The position numbers and the translations under genes are program-made. Shown one piece after another: positions 57,688 through 64,000 of a stretch of 64,000 nucleotides of DNA. Below the pieces are notes generated by a model. It was not told the origin of the DNA. It saw nothing but the letters and a program-made list of their open reading frames with translations, and did no database searches. Each line of letters starts with the position of its first letter. Within the stretch, counting starts at the first letter, position 1. Location: positions 379,691 through 443,690 of the forward strand of contig CAVUCD010000001.1 of assembly GCA_963739875.1 (NCBI GenBank), in the 5' to 3' direction. Source of the stretch: an uncultured Solirubrobacterales bacterium. Its GTDB lineage: Bacteria > Actinomycetota > Thermoleophilia > Solirubrobacterales > 70-9.

Positions 57688-59247
57688 CGGGCCACCATCG
57701 CCGGCCCGACGGCGGTCGCCCTGGGCCCGTCCAGGGCGACGGCGTCCTGGCCGAAGCCGATCGGCAGGGAATGGAGGGTGTGGAACCAGAGTGGCATCGG
57801 ATACCTCGATCGGTAGCGGGTCAGGGTCAGCCGGTCGAGTGGCAGCCGCTGTACGACGTGAAAAGAGGCCGGCAGCTTAACCGGCGGCCCGGTTGCTCGG
57901 GTCTTGCTGACCACCGCCACTTCGCCGACCCGTTCGACCCCACCGAACATCAGCACCGCGTGGTCGTGCAGGTACCACCGCACCGGATCGGCGGCCAGCC
58001 TCCAGGTGACGATCGCCCGTCGCACGGTCGGCCGTCCCAATTCCCGGCTGAGAGCGCGGTAGTCGGGCCGCTGCAGGTTCGGGGTCTGGGTCACGTAGAC
58101 GTCGAAGGCGAGCCAGTAGGCGCAGAGGGCGACCGCCAGGAGCAGCCCCACCCAGCGGGCGCGGCTGGCGCCGAAGCCGATCGCGCCACGGCCGCGAGCG
58201 GGATCAGAGCCGGCAGCAGGTTGCGCTCGACCACGTAGTCCTTGCCGATCAGGGCGGCGGCCGCGGCCAGGCCGATCACTCCAAGCCCGAGGGCGGCACC
58301 GAGCGCCGCGCCGCGCTGCTCCCGGTAGCTGCCGCGAACCAACGACCAGCAGCAGGCCGGCGCCGAAGAGGATCACCGGGACCAGCGCGTAGTGGTTCCT
58401 GGGCGGCTCGGCGATCACCCAGCCGGTTTCGCCGATCAGGAAGCTGACCCCGGTCTCGAACAGGCGGGTCGAGAGCGGGCTGTCTTCGATCCAGCCGATG
58501 TGGGTCGGGTTGACCTGGGCGGCGATCAGCGGCAACAGCGCCGCGCCGGTCGCCAGGACCGCTCCCACCGCGGGCAGGACCAGGCGCCAGCGGTGGCGCA
58601 GCGCCCACGAGCAGCCAGGCGGCCTCGATCGCGACGGCGAAGACGGCGAAATAGTGGCTGCAGAGAGCGAGCGCGGAGGTCAGCGCCCAGAGCGCGAGGT
58701 CGCGGCCGCGACGGGTCTGCAGCGAGCGGACGAAGAAGTACATCGAGAGAGCCCCGAAGAAGACCAGCAGCGCGTAGGAGCGGGCCTCCTGCGAGTACCA
58801 GATCAGCATCGGGTTGAAGGCCAGCAGCGCCGCCAGGATCAAGCCGGTGCGGCGGCTGGCGAGCTGGCGCCCGATCAGGTAGCCGACCGGCACGGTGGCC
58901 GCCCCGAACAGGGCCGAGAGCGAGCGCAGGCCGAATTCACCGGTTCCGAAGGCCTTCGCCCAACCCCAGGCGAGCACGTAGTAGAGGGGCGGGTTGGACT
59001 CGCTCGTCTTCACCGCGTGGAGCATTTCGGCGAAGCTGCCGGGGATCACCCGCATCGCCGTGATCACCTCGTCGTGGTGGTAGCTCTGCAGGCCGAGGCT
59101 GGCGAAGCGGACGGCGATGCCGGCGACGGTCAGAGCGGCGATCGCCCAGAGCACGGCAGCGCCGCGAGCGGTCGAGCGCGGCAGAGCCGCCTCCCACTCG
59201 GCGCCGACCTGGGAGGCCGGCACTGGGGCGGCGGCACGGCTACTCAC
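57684..59247 (-). CDS. GT39/GT83-like (PMT_2/ArnT-type) membrane glycosyltransferase, apparent frameshifts
   Basis: GTG 59247: ..YHHDEVITA..NPPLYYVLAWGW..IWYSQEARSYAL (58276..59247). The C-terminal half is in 57684..58568 plus another frame. Confidence 0.7.
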
Positions 59248-59330
59248 CAGCTAAAGATCGACCCGTAAGTTGAGCCGAAGTTCAAGAACTCCTAAGGCGG
59301 GCATAAAGACGCAAATTCCGCTCGATCGTC

Positions 59331-61676
59331 TCAGGGACCGCAGGCGCTCTTGGGCATGCCGCGATCGGGTCCATAGGACGGCGGCGAGGCGGCGGCGGCC
59401 GCCCCCCAGAGGCGGTTCGGACGCTTGCTCAACCGGTATTCGAGGTCGGCGCCGGAGGCGAGTTCGCAGTAGCTGATCCAGGGGCGCCCGTAGGCGTGGC
59501 CTCCGAGGCTGAGGGAGCGGATGTACTGCCCGTGCCCGCTGACCGACAGCAGCGCCCGGCGGCGGCGGGGAAGGCGGATTTCGGCCCGGCCGAAGAGCGG
59601 GCTGGAGATCGCCAGGACGCCGACGCCGGGAACCTCCGGGTAGAGGCCCAGGGCGCCGAACACGTACCAGGCCGAGAGCGTCCCGAGGTCGTCGTTGCCG
59701 GGGTAGCCCTCGGGGGTGGGGCTGTAGAGGGTGAGGGCGCGGCGCACCGCCTCCTGGGTGCGGTAGGGACGGCCCATCCAGTCGTACAGCCAGGGCGTCT
59801 GCAGGGTCGGCTCGTTGCCGAGCAGGGCGTGGTCGGTGTGGGGCCCGCCCGGTCCACCGTTGAGGTTGCGCAGGAAGTACGCGAGCCTGGCGGCCGCCTT
59901 CGTTCGTCCACCCATGCGGCCGAAGAGCCCAGAGGGGTCCTGGGGCACCATCCAGGTGTACTGGGCGGAGTCGCCCTCGACGAAGCCGCCGCCGGTGAGG
60001 TTGTTGTACGGATGCGGGAAGGCGCCGCTGGCGTAGCGCGGCTCGATCATCCCGCTGGCGGGTTCGTAGAGGCGACGCCAGTCGCCGGATCGATGCATGA
60101 ACGCCGAGTAGGTGGAGCGGTCGTGGAGCGAGCGGGCGGCGAACTGGGCGATCGCGAAGTCGTCGACGTAATACTCGAGCGAGGTCGCCGCCGAGCCCCA
60201 GACCGCTTCGGGGTTGCCGTAGATCGAGTCGGCGTTGTCGACGTTGGTGTCGAGTTCGAAGGGGATGTATCCGTGGGCGAGGTAGGCGGCGAGCCCCTGG
60301 CGCTCGACGTATTCGCCGTTGGCGCTGTGGCACGGTTCGGTCGCCCCTTTGACCATCGCTTCCAGCGCCACCTGCTTGTCGAAGCCGCCGACGCCGAAGG
60401 CCGCGGCCGAGGCGATGATCGGGTCGGCGGAGTCGCCGACCATCGTCATGCTCTGGCCGTTCGCGTAGGGCCAGCGCGGCAGGCAACCGCTCTGGCGCGT
60501 GTCGGCAAGCAACGAGCGGACCAGGTCGGCGGCCCGCTGCGGGGCGAGGATCGAGAGCAGCTGCACGTCGGTCCGGTAGATGTCCCAGCCGGAGATGTCG
60601 GCGTACTGGATGTGCTTGCCGGCGTTGTGAATCTGCCCGTCCATGCCGGGATAGGCCCCGTTGACGTCGCTGAAGGTCCGCGGCGCCATGAACACGTGGT
60701 AGAGCGCCGTGTAGAAGGTCCGCAGATGCCGAGCCGAGCCGCCGCTGACGCGGATCCGCCCAAGCGAGGCGTTCCAGCTCTGCTCCGCCTTCGCCGCGAC
60801 CGCTCCGAAGGAATGCCCGGGGTTTTCCGCGGCCAGGTTCGCCCGGGCGTCTTCGACGCTGACGAAGGAGACGCCGACCCGGGCCACCACCACCCTGTTC
60901 TTGCCGGTGTCGAAGCTGGCATAGGCGCCGGCGGCGGCCGTATTCCGCGGGTTGGAGGCTGGCGTCTGGCTGGCGCTGGCGGAGGTCGATTCGGGCTTGA
61001 GCCGGTTGCCTTCCCAGCTGCCGTATGCGCTGAAAGGACGGCTGAAGACGGCCGAGAAGTAGACCCGGTAGCGCGGTCGCTGGCCGCAGAAGAGCCCGCT
61101 CGAAGCGGTTCCGGAGATTTCCCGGGCGCCGGGATCGAGCTGGACTTCGGCGAAGTCGTCGGGCTGGGCGCTGCCGCCGGCGTCGATCAGGACGCTGGCG
61201 TGCGGGCTCGAGGGAAAGGTGAACCGGGCCATGCCGGTTCGGGTCGTGGCGGTGAGTTCGGTGTCGATGGCGCCGCCGTGAACCGGGTTGAGGCGAACCG
61301 AGTAGTAGCCGGGGCGGGCGGACTCGCCGGCGTGCGAGAAGCCGGGCTGGAAGATCCCGTCCAGATCCTGGCCCGGCCCCTGCGGCGAGCTTTCGATCGG
61401 CTCGGTGGTGGGCAGGAAGGGAAAATCGCCATAGAGCGAGCAGCCGGCGCCGCTGAGGTGGGTGAGGCTGAAGCCCTTGATGTGATCGTCGCGGTAGCTG
61501 TAGCCACCGAGGTGCGCGTCCGCCGGCGTCGTGTCGGGACTCCACTGAACCATTCCGAACGGAACCGAAGCGCCGGGGAAGACGGCCCCGCGACCAAAGG
61601 TCCCCGGGCCCGCACGGGTGCCGGCGAAGGGGTCGACGCGGCTGGCGAAGCTCGCCGCCAGGGCACCGGGAGCCAC
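59331..61676 (-). CDS. Glycoside hydrolase family 92 (alpha-mannosidase)
   Basis: 781 aa in a single frame: VDPFAGTRAGPGTFGRGAVFPGASVPFGMVQWSPDT (GH92 N-terminal hallmark). A signal-peptide-like VALAALAVAIGLASVA lies in frame upstream of GTG 61676 but has no canonical start. Confidence 0.85.
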   Translation of the reverse strand: MAPGALAASFASRVDPFAGTRAGPGTFGRGAVFPGASVPFGMVQWSPDTTPADAHLGGYSYRDDHIKGFSLTHLSGAGCSLYGDFPFLPTTEPIESSPQGPGQDLDGIFQPGFSHAGESARPGYYSVRLNPVHGGAIDTELTATTRTGMARFTFPSSPHASVLIDAGGSAQPDDFAEVQLDPGAREISGTASSGLFCGQRPRYRVYFSAVFSRPFSAYGSWEGNRLKPESTSASASQTPASNPRNTAAAGAYASFDTGKNRVVVARVGVSFVSVEDARANLAAENPGHSFGAVAAKAEQSWNASLGRIRVSGGSARHLRTFYTALYHVFMAPRTFSDVNGAYPGMDGQIHNAGKHIQYADISGWDIYRTDVQLLSILAPQRAADLVRSLLADTRQSGCLPRWPYANGQSMTMVGDSADPIIASAAAFGVGGFDKQVALEAMVKGATEPCHSANGEYVERQGLAAYLAHGYIPFELDTNVDNADSIYGNPEAVWGSAATSLEYYVDDFAIAQFAARSLHDRSTYSAFMHRSGDWRRLYEPASGMIEPRYASGAFPHPYNNLTGGGFVEGDSAQYTWMVPQDPSGLFGRMGGRTKAAARLAYFLRNLNGGPGGPHTDHALLGNEPTLQTPWLYDWMGRPYRTQEAVRRALTLYSPTPEGYPGNDDLGTLSAWYVFGALGLYPEVPGVGVLAISSPLFGRAEIRLPRRRRALLSVSGHGQYIRSLSLGGHAYGRPWISYCELASGADLEYRLSKRPNRLWGAAAAASPPSYGPDRGMPKSACGP

Positions 61677-61763
61677 GCTGGCGAGCCCGATGGCGACGGC
61701 GAGGGCGGCGAGGGCGACCTGTGGGATTGAGATCTGGAAGTTGCGCGTAATGTTCCCGCTCCG

Positions 61764-62405
61764 ATGCCGCTACGGAAATCAACGATGGCAGCTCTTGCGG
61801 TCACCGCGCTCGCGGTCGCCGTCGCGCTGCTGTTCGGCGGTACCGAGGAATCACAACCCGCCTCGGCGGCCGAAGCTGCGACCCCGGGCGAACCGACCGT
61901 CTCGATCATCTCCCCTCGCAACGGCGCCCGCCAGGCCGCTCGCGCGGTCGTCGTCAAGGTCGCGATCGAAAACTTCCGCCTCGCCCCGCGCCAGTTCGGC
62001 GCCGAGCCGGAGCTCGGCGAGGGCCACCTCCGCTTCAGCCTCAACCGGGTCCCCGACTGCGTCGACCCGGTCAAGCTGCTGCACGCGATCAACAGCCCGA
62101 TCGGCAAAGACCGCCTGATCGGGAGGTCGTTCGACTACGCCAGGTACGCCGGCCCCAACGGCCTCCTCGCCGAAGAGATCGGCACCGCCGGCAGCTACTC
62201 CCCCGCGACCCGGCCGGAGATCTACTACCGCAACCTCGACCCGGGCTTCTACCGCCTGATCGTCACCCTCGCCCAGAACAACGGCGCCACCTTGCCGTAC
62301 CACGACGTCACCACCTTCCAGATCCTCCCCCACCCCGGCCACGGCCCCAAACCGTGCCCCGAGGGGAAGGTGTCGAGCGCCAAGGCGGCGGCGAGTACGC
62401 GCTGA
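61764..62405 (+). CDS. Secreted hypothetical protein (weak DUF4399-like pattern)
   Basis: 213 aa. Signal peptide MAALAVTALAVAVALLFG. ELGEGHLRFSL motif. Divergent from the GH92 gene. Confidence 0.45.
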   Translation: MPLRKSTMAALAVTALAVAVALLFGGTEESQPASAAEAATPGEPTVSIISPRNGARQAARAVVVKVAIENFRLAPRQFGAEPELGEGHLRFSLNRVPDCVDPVKLLHAINSPIGKDRLIGRSFDYARYAGPNGLLAEEIGTAGSYSPATRPEIYYRNLDPGFYRLIVTLAQNNGATLPYHDVTTFQILPHPGHGPKPCPEGKVSSAKAAASTR

Positions 62406-62436
62406 TCCTCGAAGCCGGCAGGAGGGGCGCCCGGAT

Positions 62437-62458
62437 CCCTTCCAACCCTGCCGAAGGG
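62437..62458 (+). terminator. Weak terminator-like hairpin
   Basis: CCCTTC..GAAGGG followed by CGTTACTTCACTTTGT. Confidence 0.3.
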
Positions 62459-62487
62459 CGTTACTTCACTTTGTATAGTGAGGAGTA

Positions 62488-64000
62488 ATGCGCACGTACC
62501 GTCGCTTGTTCGGTTATCTCCGTCCCTACAGGGCCTCGCTGTGGGGTTCGCTGGTCTTCGCCTGGGCGGCGATGGGGATGACGGTGCTGATCCCGTGGCT
62601 GGTCGGCCGCGCCGTCAACGCGATCCGCGACGGCAACAAGCCCGACCTGCTGCCGCTGGCCCTGGCGATCGTCGGCGCCAGCATCCTGCGGCTCGGGTTG
62701 ACCGTGGTCAGGCGCCTGGTCGCCGGCAAAGTCTCGCTGGCGGTCGAATTCGACCTGCGCCAGGTCTTCTACGCCCACCTGCAGAAGCTCGACCTCGGCT
62801 TCTTCGACGGCCAGCAGACCGGCCAGCTGATGTCGCGGGCGACGGTCGACCTCTCGGCGATCCGCTTCTTCCTCGGCTACGGCCTGATCTTCATCACCCA
62901 GAACCTGCTGACGATCGTCCTGGCGAGCGCGGTGATGATCGCGATCAACCCGCTGCTGGCGCTGATCGCGCTGATCCCGGCGCCGTTCGTCGTCTACACC
63001 GCCTCGCGCTACAACCGGATCTCCCGCCCGGCGCTGCAGGAGGTGCAGCAGCGGATCGCCGAGCTGACCGCGGAGGCCGAGGAGAACGTCTCCGGGATCC
63101 GCATCGTCAAGGCCTTCGCCCGCGAGGAACACCAGCTGCACCGCTTCCAGCGCTCCGTCGCCCGCGTCTTCGACCAGAGCATCTACTCGACCAGGCTGCA
63201 GGCCTTCTTCTCGCCGCTGATCGGGCTGCTGCCCCAGCTCGGCATCGCCCTGGTGCTGCTGGTCGGCGGCCGCGAGGTGATCGACAACACCCTCAGCCTC
63301 GGCGACTTCACCGCCTTCTACACCTACCTGGTGATGCTGGCCGGGCCGATGCGGATGCTCGGGGTGGCGATGGGGATGGCCCAGCGCGCGGTCGCCTCCG
63401 GCAACCGGATGTTCGAGATCATCGACCGCGAACCGGCGATCCAGAGCCCGCCCGGCGCCCCGGCGCTGCCGGCCGGCGGCGGCGAGGTCGAGCTGCGCGG
63501 GGTGACGCTGCGCTACGACGGCTCGGCGCCGGCCCTGAGCGACGTCGACCTCCACGTCGAGGCCGGCAAGACGGTGGCGCTGGTCGGCCCCTCGGGCGCC
63601 GGCAAGACCAGCCTGGTCGGCCTGATCGCGCGCCTCTACGACCCCAGCGAGGGGACGGTCCTGGTCGACGGCGCCGACGTCCGCGAGATCGACGTCGGCT
63701 CGCTGCGCGCGGAGGTCGCCTTCGTCGCCGACGACAGCTTCCTCTTCACCGCCAGCGTCGCCGAGAACATCGCCTACGCCCGCGCCGAGGCGACGCTGGA
63801 GGAGATCGAAGCGGCGGCGCGCCGGGCCCAGGCCGACGGCTTCATCCGGGAGCTGCCCGACGGCTACGAGACCCGGGTCGGCGAGCGCGGCCTGACCCTC
63901 TCCGGCGGCCAGCGCCAGCGCGTCGCGATCGCCCGCGCCCTGCTCGCCGATCCCGCGCATCCTGATCCTCGACGACGCCACCTCCTCGGTCGACGCGACC
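62488..64000 (+). CDS. ABC exporter, fused permease/ATPase (MsbA/MdlB-type), partial, apparent frameshift near the end
   Basis: Not in the ORF track (no stop in the window). ATG 62488 follows GTGAGGAG. MRTYRRLFGYLRPYR.., six-TM domain, Walker A GPSGAGKTS, signature LSGGQRQR. ..ADP / ILILDDATSS needs a 1-nt correction near 63950. Confidence 0.85.
   Translation, partial: MRTYRRLFGYLRPYRASLWGSLVFAWAAMGMTVLIPWLVGRAVNAIRDGNKPDLLPLALAIVGASILRLGLTVVRRLVAGKVSLAVEFDLRQVFYAHLQKLDLGFFDGQQTGQLMSRATVDLSAIRFFLGYGLIFITQNLLTIVLASAVMIAINPLLALIALIPAPFVVYTASRYNRISRPALQEVQQRIAELTAEAEENVSGIRIVKAFAREEHQLHRFQRSVARVFDQSIYSTRLQAFFSPLIGLLPQLGIALVLLVGGREVIDNTLSLGDFTAFYTYLVMLAGPMRMLGVAMGMAQRAVASGNRMFEIIDREPAIQSPPGAPALPAGGGEVELRGVTLRYDGSAPALSDVDLHVEAGKTVALVGPSGAGKTSLVGLIARLYDPSEGTVLVDGADVREIDVGSLRAEVAFVADDSFLFTASVAENIAYARAEATLEEIEAAARRAQADGFIRELPDGYETRVGERGLTLSGGQRQRVAIARALLADPAHPDPRRRHLLGRRD

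Overview
High-GC, actinobacterial-type chromosomal segment made almost entirely of conserved housekeeping operons, mostly on the minus strand. These are: pyrG; GT4-steB-steA-recN; nadK-tlyA; dxs-ispA-nusB-efp; pepP-aroQ-aroB-aroK-aroC-aroE-mltG-ruvX-alaS; mnmA plus an IscU-like gene; aspS-hisS; tatA-tatC; dtd; thrC; leuS; and a GtrA/GT39/GH92 glycan cluster. There are also assorted hydrolases, small regulators (PadR, AraC, XRE), one tRNA-Met(CAT) and a partial ABC exporter. The gene order matches the Mycobacterium tuberculosis Rv1694-Rv1699 and Rv2533c-Rv2555c neighbourhoods and the Firmicute nusB..ispA-dxs-tlyA..recN arrangement (from memory, not searched). Major caveat: roughly half of the genes, including essential ones, are split over two or more reading frames by apparent 1-nt indels, while their neighbours read cleanly. 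I call them CDS with probable sequence errors, and their ends are approximate. I see no convincing novel multi-gene system: no CRISPR, transposase, integrase, defence or secondary-metabolite genes. The unusual signals are non-coding. (1) An inverted pair of ~115-nt hairpin elements sits between recN and an MFS gene (6028-6397), with near-identical A/T-rich inner arms and self-complementary but different outer stems. (2) A family of three to four same-orientation intergenic elements (CCTCCC/GGGAGG loop plus GC hairpin) lies at 9.95, 12.0/12.1 and 14.0 kb, bracketing the block that separates tlyA from dxs. (3) A 15-nt direct repeat of the tRNA-Met 3' end delimits a ~1-kb A/T-richer remnant islet (43843-44841). 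Protein-level oddities are a LeuRS without the usual C-terminal domain and a stop-less aroK/aroB junction.
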